NCBI GenBank assembly: GCA_047495785.1
Contig: JBLDXI010000036.1
Span: 682,001 to 746,000, forward strand
Reading direction: 5' to 3'
Source of the DNA: Lepidodermella squamata
Taxonomy: Eukaryota > Animalia > Gastrotricha
Length of the DNA stretch: 64,000 nt
The notes beneath the pieces are model-generated. The model saw only the letters and a list, made by a program, of their open reading frames with translations, was not told where the DNA came from and ran no database searches. Both the position numbers and the translations under genes were made by a program. Below are positions 30,178 to 41,543 of the stretch, piece after piece; position 1 is the stretch's first letter; each line of letters opens with the position of its first letter.

Positions 30178-32475
30178 ATGCCATCACTATTTTTCAAATT
30201 CGCATTATTTCTCGTATATTCAGTCAATGGGCAAAACACCAAGTTGGAGATGTTCTTCGGTTCCACCAATATTCAAGTTGCCGATCCTGCTGGGGACATT
30301 TGCCCACACGTTCAAAAACTGATGATCGAAATGGCGAACAAGCGGAACGACATCTTGCCCGGCTACGAATTGGTCGCCTACAACCAGGACGAAGGACCAG
30401 GCAGCCTCCTTCTAACCCGGCGCGTCATAGAATTCTTCAGAAAACCTACAACTAATAATTCAGTAAAATCTCCCGTTGTTTTCGCAGGAGGTTTCACTGC
30501 TGGATGCAAATCCCTGGCGCAAATTCTTCACCATTCGGATTTGGTCGGTATTGCCCCAGTTTGCCTATCCCCCTCGTTCACAGCAAATCGGTTATTGTTT
30601 CCGAATTTTTACCGCATCCGCCCGTCTGGCGAGTCACTAGCCCTGCCTAGAATCAACTTCATCAAAAATCTCGGCAGGTGGCGAAAGATTGCGATACTAG
30701 CGAATGCCGGTACAACCATTGTTAACCTTCATGTTGCATCCTACTTTTACGATTTAGCCATAAAAAATGACATGGAAGTCGTCCATTACGATGCTACATT
30801 TGACTTGAATGGCGACTTCATGCTCGCACTGAAACGTTCGCGCGCAAGAGTGATAGTCTATGAAGTTTCTGATTTCCCAAGTTCGCTGCAGTTTCTATGC
30901 AAATGCTTCAGTTACGGATTGACTGGACCTCGGTACGTTTTCATTATGGCTGCTAACAGCTTCGGGGGTATAGGTTCAAATATTAGATTTGAATATATCG
31001 CACCGGGATGCACCAAGGGCATCATCTCGCAACAATATAGACACACGGTTTTCATCGGATCAATATGGTCGAGCTTTGGCGTCGAAAACACGGGTAAAAC
31101 CAGCCTAGGGTATGACGCGAAGCAGTTTGATGAAATGCTTGATAAAGCGGTTCCTGATGCGAGAAACTTGTCTGGCTACGGAAGGCGTTACCTTTGCCAC
31201 GATCAGTACCTTCAAGCCATTCTAACTCTGGACGGGGCTGAGAAGATTCTCAACACGAACAATCTATCTCTCAGAGATTACGATAACTACCCGAAGATAG
31301 TCATGGATGCTGCGAATAAAAGTGCTGCCTCAATTAAGCTCGTCGGCTTCAGGCAGGGCGTCATCGAGTATTCGAGTAGGCTTGAACAGGATTCAGAGCC
31401 TCAGTACATCTTCCAGTGGATCCCAGAGGAAAACAGGACACGGATTAACTACGAAATCACTCCACTGCCGAACAAATCAAACGTAAGCGATATCTCCAGT
31501 TACGCTATTCAAAGCGTGGAACCTTTTGTCTGGTACACGGAGTCCAAGGAACCCTCAGCTGATTGGCCAGGCGAGGAAATCGACTTAATCCATGTCCCGG
31601 ATGCCTTTCTTATATTTGTATGCGTCTTCAGTGGGGTTACAAGCCTCGCCCAACTTCTTGCTCTAATCTCGAAGTTGGAAATCGGGAGGATTATTTTCAC
31701 CCTCGCTTGTTTGCTACTCAACGCCGCTTCAATTCTATTCGCTCTGAAGGTCCATTCCACGGCAAGTTGTAATTTGAAGTATATTTGCCTTGTTATTGGA
31801 GCAACCGCCATTCATTCACTTTTATTTCGAAAGTTGGCAATACACATAGCCTCAAGGCGACGCGTCACTTTTATGACCTTCATTAACATGCGTGCCGCAG
31901 TATTTCATCGGTCTCCAGTTAGAAAACGAAAGGTGGCGAAGAGAGGCTCGAATCGGCTCGAATTGCTGTTCGCTAATGCTGCCCCCATCCTCGTCGTTAT
32001 CATTAGTCTATCGTTATTAGCTGCATGGCTAATCAGCAGTGAAATGAAAGTGCGTATTAGATCCGTGAGCAGTGAGTACGTCGCCGAACGTGACATCTTG
32101 CGCCATGTCTATGTCGAATTATGCGGGGCGGGTGATGCCAGGGACTTGAAATTCATGCTGACGTTGGCGGCGGTCGACCTAATTCCGGCGGGCGGGGCTG
32201 TCCTCTTATCAGTAGCTATTGCTAAGGCTAAAGAGCCGGCAATCAAGCGGTATCGCATGGCCTCGCTTATCAATCTGCCCTTAGTTATCGGGGCGATTTT
32301 CATGATTTTAGCGTCGAGCAATTCCCATGTAACTCAGAAAATCGTTGCATCTCTCGCTTGTTTGAATATTTCGGGTCTGACCAGTGTTCTGGTGTTATTC
32401 TCAGATAAAGCTTCAGTGACCTTTCGACCACTGATTGCAAACATAAAAAGGCAAATAGACGTAAAAAATAATTGA
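30178..32475 (+). CDS. Intronless GABA-B-like class C GPCR (copy 2, intact, 765 aa)
   Basis: Signal peptide; Venus flytrap motifs (DILPGYEL, FPNFYRI, WRKIAIL, ARVIV, GLTGPRYVFI); no Cys-rich domain; seven hydrophobic segments; short C-tail. Confidence 0.88.
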   Translation: MPSLFFKFALFLVYSVNGQNTKLEMFFGSTNIQVADPAGDICPHVQKLMIEMANKRNDILPGYELVAYNQDEGPGSLLLTRRVIEFFRKPTTNNSVKSPVVFAGGFTAGCKSLAQILHHSDLVGIAPVCLSPSFTANRLLFPNFYRIRPSGESLALPRINFIKNLGRWRKIAILANAGTTIVNLHVASYFYDLAIKNDMEVVHYDATFDLNGDFMLALKRSRARVIVYEVSDFPSSLQFLCKCFSYGLTGPRYVFIMAANSFGGIGSNIRFEYIAPGCTKGIISQQYRHTVFIGSIWSSFGVENTGKTSLGYDAKQFDEMLDKAVPDARNLSGYGRRYLCHDQYLQAILTLDGAEKILNTNNLSLRDYDNYPKIVMDAANKSAASIKLVGFRQGVIEYSSRLEQDSEPQYIFQWIPEENRTRINYEITPLPNKSNVSDISSYAIQSVEPFVWYTESKEPSADWPGEEIDLIHVPDAFLIFVCVFSGVTSLAQLLALISKLEIGRIIFTLACLLLNAASILFALKVHSTASCNLKYICLVIGATAIHSLLFRKLAIHIASRRRVTFMTFINMRAAVFHRSPVRKRKVAKRGSNRLELLFANAAPILVVIISLSLLAAWLISSEMKVRIRSVSSEYVAERDILRHVYVELCGAGDARDLKFMLTLAAVDLIPAGGAVLLSVAIAKAKEPAIKRYRMASLINLPLVIGAIFMILASSNSHVTQKIVASLACLNISGLTSVLVLFSDKASVTFRPLIANIKRQIDVKNN

Positions 32476-33116
32476 TTAACACAGTTCAAAACTATACTGC
32501 TATAATTTTACAACTAGCATTTGTAATTTGTAAACAATGGATGGATTTCTGATTTGACCTGTAGGCCATGTTCGGATTATGAAAAATGCGAAATGCGAAG
32601 ATATAATAAACTTCGAACCTGTCGAGTGATTTTGGGTTATTATAGTACTCTTATTTTACCTTACCATAGATACCATAGAATAGCTGCGAAGACGATCGAA
32701 TGGCCATCAATTTTTTTAACCGAGCTAGCACGTTTTTCGATTTTGACTCAAGCTCGTGGCAAGGTAATAAACTGCGTAGAAAATTATCTCCAGGAACATA
32801 AAAAGGACATACCTACTACATCTCGAGTGAATTTATTACAATATGATGCCCAAGAAAAAAGGTTCTACAAGCTTCGATAACCGAAAAGAAAACCGAACTA
32901 GAAACTTAGTTTCGGGTGACGCAAGCGAAAAGTAGGACCACCTGTCGTGATTTTGACCCCACCCGAGGCCCGGTCTCCAGTGTGCGAAGTAGGATAGGGG
33001 ATCCGAGGTTTTTCTACTTGTTTTCTAGGACCCAGCCGAAGAAACCAAAGGGCCCCTTTGTGGTTATTTCAGCCATCCTCTGGTTGTAGTCGCGGGGCTG
33101 GGATGTCGCGACACAA

Positions 33117-33245
33117 ATTCCCATGTAACTCAGCAAATCGTTGCTTCAGTCGCATGGTTGGCCATTTCGGGTCTTTTTTCTGATACAGCTCTAATGACTT
33201 TCCGCCGATTGATAGAATTTGTGACAAGTAAAATTTGATTGAAAT
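33117..33245 (+). pseudogene. Relic of a GPCR 3' end (TM7 region)
   Basis: aattcccatgtaactcagcaaatcgttgc closely matches 32320-32349. Confidence 0.6.
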
Positions 33246-33571
33246 ACAATTATCAAAATAAATCCTAGTGGTTTGGTTTCTAATTTCTAACCATCTATTT
33301 TTGTCTTCTGATGCATACAGGACTCTTGCATGTTCCCATACACGAGTCTAATAGGACAATACTCGAGAAACACTGCTATGAATGCTGTTACGACAAGGTT
33401 AAGGGAAGTACGGCCAGATACTGCAGATGATTTTATCTTTGTGAATTGAAACCATGATTACATTTGTTGCTTTGTATTTGTGGTATAGAAATTGATATAT
33501 ATTTCTTTCAAACGACTTTCGGTGGATCATATGGATAATGCATAACATTGTAGCTGGGCAGATTTTATATA

Positions 33572-34145
33572 CCGTATTTCTCGAAAATATACCGCACCTC
33601 GAAAATATACCCCACCCCGAATACAACCCTACAAAAGTTACCGTTTGATCATAAATATACCGCACCTCGAAATTCTACCCCATATTATTTAAAAAAATCA
33701 GAGCGCAGTATCAATTTACTATAAAAACGAAATAAGCACCCTATCAGCCGGTTGCTTAGCTAGGGCTGGGCCTAAGATTATCAGGGATAACTCAATAGAG
33801 GGATAAAGAACGAAGTTAGGAGAGGATCATTTCGAATTTTACAGTCAATTCTTTTCGAAATACGTATTCAATGTTACTAATTTCATGGCTGATATCGTGT
33901 TCCGATCGTATAGAACTAAACCTAACTGATAAAACATGAATAAAAACATGAATCCTTCATTTTCACGCTTCGCTACAATAAAACGAAAACGTGTTGTTAG
34001 CAGTATTTACCTTATAGTCCTGTACATTTGTTAGTGGATCATAAATATACCGCACCTCGAAAATATCGCCCACCCCGATTACAACCCTATAAAATTGTTG
34101 GTTCAATCACAAATATACCCCGGTGTATATTTTCGAGAAATACGG
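33572..34145. mobile_element. Tc1/mariner (pogo-like) MITE, 574 bp
   Basis: TIRs CCGTATTTCTCGAAAATATAC / GTATATTTTCGAGAAATACGG, TA on both flanks, internal AAATATACCGCACCTCGAAA repeats. Absent from the paralogous segment near 49110. Confidence 0.85.
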
Positions 34146-35244
34146 TAGGTATGAAAATGCTAAAGAAGGAAAGATGAAGCGTAATGTAATCTGATAATCG
34201 ATTAGCAAATTACCAGCCTGGCTAAGTGTCCGTTATTCGGGGACGTGGCTAGGTGAAAACAGGAAAATGGAAAAGTGTTTGCCCAATGACTCCGCGCACA
34301 CGAAATGTGCGTGACACACAGACAGATTTAAGGTCGCACAGTGTTCAAGTAGTCGACACGTACAGCACGCACGCATAGCATTTGGGAAACACTTTTCCTG
34401 TTTTCACACAGATATGACCATTATTCGGATGTTAACAATGGAAAATCAATAGAAGTAACAAGTAAGTAATGTCAAAATTGCTTCAAGTTGGAAATTGCAG
34501 TTCACACAAAATGTTAAATCAACACCTCGATTCGTAATAAAAGAAATGAAAGCTTCCGTCTGTCGGGAATCAGTGTAGAAAATAGGCCTAGCTCCCAGGT
34601 ACGGAGAGCCTCTTATTACTAAAACACAACTTGAAAAATGTCCGCTCGCATTGGTTGTCTATTCTTCCTTAGTTTCTTATTTCTTCTCATCAGCGTACGA
34701 AATCAGTCATTTTTTTAGGCTCTCATCTTTCATCGTCTTTTTAGCATGATAGTGTTTTTAATGTCTGGAAATTTTCTCATTTTTATCGCTTTTCAGTATA
34801 GAAAATGAAGCTAAATATTCTGAAATACTACGTGCAAGGAGGAAAATATTACATCCCCAATTTCTTGATTTTTTTCACATTAATTGGTCTCTGAACAGCA
34901 TAGTCGAATAGAGTGGCTAAAAATGAACCAAATTATCTTAATGAAAGCCGATCATAAACTGAAATGCTAATCAGCGCATGCGGTCCACTGAGGTACGGAT
35001 TTTGGCTACCCGTACTTCGGGTACCTTAGCCGGTCATCCTGGTTCGGATGGCGTCGCTGCATGGTACGGATGATCCGTACCCATCCATACCCTACTTTCT
35101 ACTTTCGACATCTTATTATGGCTTACGCCGCTGAAATGAGGGCTATTTTATGAAACAAATTAGCTGTAGGTATGGGAACAAGAGGGCCGAAACCAGAAAC
35201 GAGATGAGATTGCAGCCTTTCACGATTTCCCGGGGCTTAGCTTC

Positions 35245-36097
35245 GCTATGTATAGATAGAGCCCTAGAGGAGGCCAGTTTCGAGGAAAAACTCACATAAT
35301 AAGACGAGGCGAAGCCGAGGCTTATTATGTGATTTTTCCGAGAAACTAGCCGTATCGTGGGCTCTATTTTACATAGTACTCGGGAGGAAGCTGTTACCCT
35401 CTTCGTTTTACGAGGGTTTTTACCCCAAAAAAATGCGAAAAATCACATAGGAAGGGTGATTTCACGAAAATAAAAAATCCATCTTAAAACTAAAAAGCTC
35501 AAAATGTGCAATTTGGTTATTCTCAACCGCTTTGCGCGTAGCTAGAAGCACAATTTTTCGGAGTTTCTCATCCAGTTTCTGTGTCTGGAACATAAATAAT
35601 GAGCGAATGTTTGAGAATCACTCGCTTCAACTCATCTAAGCAGGGATTTCAATTATTTTGATGATTTCGAAAAATGCACTTTCTATAAGATTCGGGAATA
35701 GAAATTGAGATGACTATAGAGGGCCTTCATCGTGATTGCAAGGTGTTGACCTTGAAGTAAACATCATCAATCTAGCTTTGCTTTACCGAAATAATGGGGC
35801 GATTCGACTGTCGCAGCACAGTATTTCACTGGTTTTTCTCGCTCCGCTCGAAAAAATTAAAGTTCGATAGCACACTGCCTTCTCGCTACGCTCGACTCAT
35901 CTCGCTTTGCTCGATCGAAAACCTTGCCCCGTGATGCTCGCTTTGCTCGCGTTTCACGGCGGGGCAAGGTTTTCGGTCGCTGAAATGCAGTGCTCGCTTC
36001 GCTCGCGTCTTTTAAAAAATCCAACTTAAAAGTGTTATTATGCAAAATTACTATGTTTACTATGTTTACTATGTAGCTTCCTCTAGAGTACTATGTA
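35245..36097. mobile_element. Unclassified hairpin-rich non-autonomous element
   Basis: ~130-nt imperfect hairpin at 35246-35378 centred on GAGGCGAAGCCGAG; second hairpin at ~35913-35980; CTCGCT(T/A)CGCTCG motifs. Boundaries approximate, no TSD found. Confidence 0.4.
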
Positions 36098-36690
36098 ATT
36101 TGGCACATTTTAGCGGGCATAAATATTTGTTCTCCCTTTATAATATTCAATATTCTTGTCATTTATCCAGGGTCCAGGGCCAACTTCTGAATTCCACCGT
36201 ATCTGGCGGAGTTATTAGCTATAAGCAAATCGCTATCATAAAAACCCTGTCGCTTGTCATAGAGACGAGAGAGATTGGACCCCTGGCACCAGCAATTTTT
36301 GCGATTGATCGCTCTGCAATAAGTTATGTATTCACATTTTGCACTCGAAAGGCTCCTACAGAGACACTTTCTGATGAGGTGACCTAGTTGCTGTCCCTTG
36401 ATCGAATTTGTCCATCAGAGGAAGAGACGTCGCGTGATCCTGGGCGAAGTACGTCATATTGCCCGTTTTTTTTAAATCCGGCCAATTATCATATGCAGTT
36501 ATAATATAAAATTGCAAACACAGAATTTTGGCTGGATTTTTAGACCCTGAAGCTAGGTCCGATCTCCAGGGAACGACATTAGTTAATTAATTAGGCTTCT
36601 CGGTATTAACCAAAGCGCACACCTGAGCTAGAAGAAGGCTAAATAAAAGAGCAACCAATATTTCAAATCTTAGCATTTTTTACTTTTAAG

Positions 36691-39600
36691 ATGACAATAA
36701 CGTTTACTCAACTTGCGGCGTTTCTCGTCGCTCTCATGTGCCAGTCAGCCAATGGGCAAAACACCAAGTTGGAAATGTTTTTTGGCTACACCAATATTCA
36801 AGCCTCCGATCCTGCAAACGATATTTGTCCTCATGTTCAAAAACTGATGTTCGACATGGTCAACAAGCGTAACGACATCTTGCCAGGCTACGAGTTCGTC
36901 GCCTACAACGAGGACGAAGGACCAGGAAGTGTTCTGCTAACCAAACGTATCTTAGAGTTCTACAGGAGACCGCCGGCCATAGACAATAATGTTACAGATC
37001 GGACACTCACACACTTCGCATTGAAATTTAATTATGAACTTTGTACCGTGGATCAGCCATTATAAATTTGGCCGAAAAAAAGCATATCTCATAAATTCTT
37101 GGAAAAAATATCAACAAATCAGGCATTTTTTGACGGTCATAATGGACCAAACCCTGTCGCGCGAATCGGCTTCGTTATCGAGAAAATCAATATCGAAAAA
37201 TCGATTATTTGCACCATGCAAAACTGTGTTGCGTAATTATGACTCATTACTCACTCGAAGAAAGAACAAGCTGTGAGCAATTTTAATGTAAATGCTTATT
37301 AACAACACACTTGAAATTCAACCCCTTTAGCACGAGCCACGGACTCAGAGGGCATTTTTCAAATATTATCGGTTAAAAGTTAAAGTTTTCGGTTCAAAAT
37401 CTTTCTTTAGATATGCCCCTTGATAACTCTATTCCCCTGTTACTGCTATTTTTAATTTTCCTTCTATTTTTTTCTATTTTAGGAAGGAGCATGCGGCTCG
37501 TTAAAGTTTGATACCCATGGATGATTGCCGTTAGTTTGAATCCTCCTTAATTTAAAAACCAGTGAAATTTCATATTTTTGGCTATAAGTTTTCGACATTT
37601 TTTCTAGGCTTTAAAACCTGAGAAATTCGCCTAATAATTCCAGCCTACAATAATGAATGTAGCATTTCAAATTAATGCCTGGCATAATTTTTAAATACGA
37701 ATATTTTTTTTAAAGTCGGAAATAGTTTTATGTTTTATACAATATTTAAGAATTATTTCAAAATTAATAAAAATTCCGGAACAATTTTAAAATAAATTTA
37801 TAGTGGATTTTATTAAAAAAATGAGCAGATCGAATTGAGAAATTATTACGAAATTCATTAGAACCCAAATCATATATATCGAAATGTTTTGTGCACCCTG
37901 TCAACAATTGCCATTTTAACATTGAATTTTGTTTCACGATTTTTCTTTTCTATTTTAAGGTTGCAGAGCCCCAGACTTCAATGACTGGGATTAAGTTGAA
38001 GCTCAAGATGAATCGCTTCAGAAAGGCATGCAAGTCTTGTAATGTCGCGCAATTAAAGGCTTCAGCTTTCGAACCCACGATGGCAGGATATGGTAAGAAA
38101 ATGGAATTTCGGAGAAAATTCTGCTAATTTCTTTTCATCTTAGTCTGACTCGCCCAACATGGGTGACCTATCGTTTCGTTAATTAAAACTCGGCGATCAA
38201 TCATTCGAGAAAATCTGCACCACTACCTTATAGCGCCCATTCGAATGCGCCAATTCGATATGAAACAGCCGACGAAAAGACGGAAAGCAGCTCAAAATCA
38301 GAACATGTAGCCACTCTGAACATATTTACAATAATTGCTGTGCGATTTAATTTCATTCCATTTTTTCTAACTCCCTTTTAATGCTCGAAAATGTGTAATA
38401 ATAAACAAGTAAAAAATGGCGCCAACTGTGTGTGTTTTAAGAGGAAAGAAACATGTGGCCACGCGAAAAAAATGAAATAAGGACTCAACAACTAAATTTT
38501 AATGCACATTTTTGTTTTTCAATTTAAAAATCAACGGCATCGAATCGCGCGATGAGTCTTTGATCTTTAGAAATCTTGAAAGACGGAGATTCTTTCCTAA
38601 AAACTTCAACATTTTTGGAGATATGCTTATTTTTCCACCTTTTAAATCAATGCATTCAAATTAGTGTGCAAATTTAAGGTTTAACGACAACAGGCAAGTG
38701 CGTGAGTGTCCGATCTGTTACATCATTGTCTATGCCGCCGGCTAATAACACAGTAAAATCCCCCGTTGTTATCGCAGGAGGTTTCACTGCTGGATGCAAA
38801 TCTCTGGCACAAATTGTCCACCATTCCAATTTGGTTGCTATCGCCCCAGTTTGTCTCTCACCCTCTTTCACTGCTAATCGGGCATTGTTTCCGAATTTAT
38901 ACCGTATCCGACCATCTGGCGAATCGTTGGCCCTCCCGAGGCTCAACTTCATCAAAACTCTCGGTAATTGGCAAAAAACCGCAATACTAGCTAATGCCGG
39001 CGCTACAATTGTGAACTTTCACGTTGCCTCGTACTTCCACGAACTGGCCACCAAAAATGGAGTAGAAGTTGTGCATTATGACGCAGCTTTCGACTTGACT
39101 GACGACTTGATATGGGGCTTGAAGCAATCAGGGGCAAGGGTGATTGTTTACGAAGTTTTCGAAACAAATAGCGTCATGCTGTTTCTATGCAAATGCTTCA
39201 GTTTCGGATTGACTGGACCTCGGTACGTTTTCATCGTACCTAATAACGCCTACGCGGATGTTAGTAAACGGCCTGATGTTATCGCCCCGGGATGTACTAA
39301 GTCCATTGCACTGGAACAGCATAAATATACAGTTTATATCGGATCAATTTGGACGAGTTTCGGGGTCGAAATCACGGGCAAAAACAGTTTGGGCTATGAT
39401 TCGAAGCAGTTCGACGAGATGCTAGGCAAAGCAGTTCCCCAGGCAAGAAACATTTCCAACTACGACAAGCGTTACCTCTGCCACGATCAGTACCTTCAAG
39501 CTATCCTAACGCTAGACGGGGCTGAGAAGATTCTGAACACGAAAAATATGTCCCTTAAGGATTACACCAATCAGCCGGAAACGGTAATGAGAGCAACGAA

Positions 39601-40726
39601 TGAAAGTGCGGCTGCTATCAAGTTTGTTGGCTTCAGACGGGGTGTTATCGAGTATTCAACTAGGCTGGAAATGGATTCTGAGCCTCTGTACATCGTCCAA
39701 TGGTTACCAGAGGATAATAGGGCCCGGATCAACTACGAAATAACTCTACTGCCGAACAAAACCAACGTAAGTGATTTGGCAAGCTATGTTGTTCGCAGTT
39801 TTGAACCTTACGTCTGGTACACGGAGAATAAGCAGCCTCCAGCCGATTGGCCAGGCGAGGAAATCGACCTAATCCACGTTCCTGAGGCTTATCTCATCTT
39901 CGCATGTGTCTCGAGCGGAATAGCGACCCTCGTCCAACTCCTAGTTTCGTTTTCGGAAAAGGACTTTCGTAGGATTATCTTCACCCTGGCTTGCATCTCA
40001 CTTAACGCAGCTTCAATTCTTTTCGCCCTGAATGTTCACTCAGCAACGGTTTGTAATATGAAATATATTTTCCTCGTCATGGGAGCGACCGTCGTCCATT
40101 TGGTGCTCTATCGAAAGTTGGCATCACACGTTACTTCGAAGCGCCGCGCCACAATGTTTTCTTATGATTTTAAATCGAAGGTATTTCCTAGGCCCCCGGC
40201 TAAAAGTCCCACAGTGATCAGCAGAGGGTCTAAGCGTTTGCAATTCGTGTTCGCTAATGTTGCACCAATCGTTGTCTTCGTCTTTAGTTTATTTTTATTA
40301 ACCGCATGGCTTGTCGAAAGTCCTATGGAGTCACGTCTCAAGATCGTCCAAAGTGAGTACGTGGCTGAACGTGACATCTTTCGCCATGTCTATATCGAGA
40401 CATGCGAGGCTAGTGGCGCAAGGGACTTGAATTTCATGATGGCGTTGGCAGTGGTCGACCTAATTCCGGCGGGCGCGGCTGTTCTCTTATCCATAGCCAT
40501 TGCGAAGGTCGAATTACCGGAGATCAAGCGCTATCGCATGGCCTCACTCATCAACTTGCCCCTGGTCATCGGGGCGATTTTCATCATTATTGTGTCCTCT
40601 AATTACTACGTGACCCAACAAATCGTTGCATCACTCACGTGTTTCATTATCTCGCTTCTCACCAGTATTTTCGTACTTTTCTCCGATAAAGCTGCTGGGA
40701 TTGTCCGTCGATTGCTGCATTTATAA
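36691..40726 (+). pseudogene. GABA-B-like class C GPCR (copy 3) interrupted by a P-like element; otherwise open
   Basis: 36691-36977 plus 38743-40726 join in frame (EFYRRPPA|NNTVKSP). Confidence 0.88.
36978..38734. mobile_element. Non-autonomous DNA transposon, P-superfamily-like (1757 bp)
   Basis: ~33-bp TIRs CATAGACAAT(A/G)ATGT(T/A)ACAGATCGGACACTCAC. 8-bp TSD CCGCCGGC (36970-36977, 38735-38742). Confidence 0.88.
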
Positions 40727-41543
40727 ATTCCAAAATGATCAAAATATTTTCGAAATAAATTATTAATCTTAGCCCTTTCAGAAATTAATTTGACCCAGAA
40801 GTACCGTATTTACCGTAAAATATCTTCATAACCTGTTATTACGGCCCGTCCCCTTTTAAAACCCCCTTTTTGCCTTTGAAAAAATAAATCCTGATACCCG
40901 CGATCCAAGTTTTTAATTAATCAAACTTTGAAAATCGCATCTGAAAATAATAGCGCGCAATCTTTTGAATTTGCATTACTCGGGCGTTCGATGGACATCT
41001 TCGATGGAAAATGGGGAAACAAGGCTGAGTGAGAGAATTTAGGGCCAAGCTATTCGTACATAACTATGTACGCGAAAATTGCTATTCGTACATATAAGTC
41101 GTTTATCTTAGAAAAAAGCATATCGAAACTATGTACGAATAGACATTCCGGAGAATTTAAGCCACGGAAAACTGCCAAAGTAGCTATCGATTTCCTAGCA
41201 TACCATGTTTGAATGGAACTGCAGGTAATTTTGATATCGTTGGGTTAATATCACGCCGCTGGGTATATTGATCAGTGAAGTGCCAGCGGCTTCCAAACTT
41301 CCTGACTTGTATATGACACAGTACAGTCCTCGACACGACTAGATCATGCCTCGTAGGACACCATGCTAAAATGTATGAAATTTGTTTGAAATGGGCGGAA
41401 TTCATTAAGATTAAATAGAAATTTATAGCCTGTCGCAAAATGTATGTAATTAGACCAGGCGGGTCGAATGGCACCGACCGTATCGACCGGTGACGATTGA
41501 TTATCGCGGAATTGGGACATTTTTGTTGCAGATGGGACTTTTG

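Noticed and set aside
31509-32321. Antisense ORFs recurring in each GPCR copy
   Set aside because: Shadow frames of the paralogous coding sequence, with no independent evidence.
40802-40830. Third pogo-like MITE starting TACCGTATTT
   Set aside because: No matching right TIR found.
41528-41543. ADGTF read on the + strand beside the MULE
   Set aside because: It is on the opposite strand, outside the element and has no supporting frame; probably chance.
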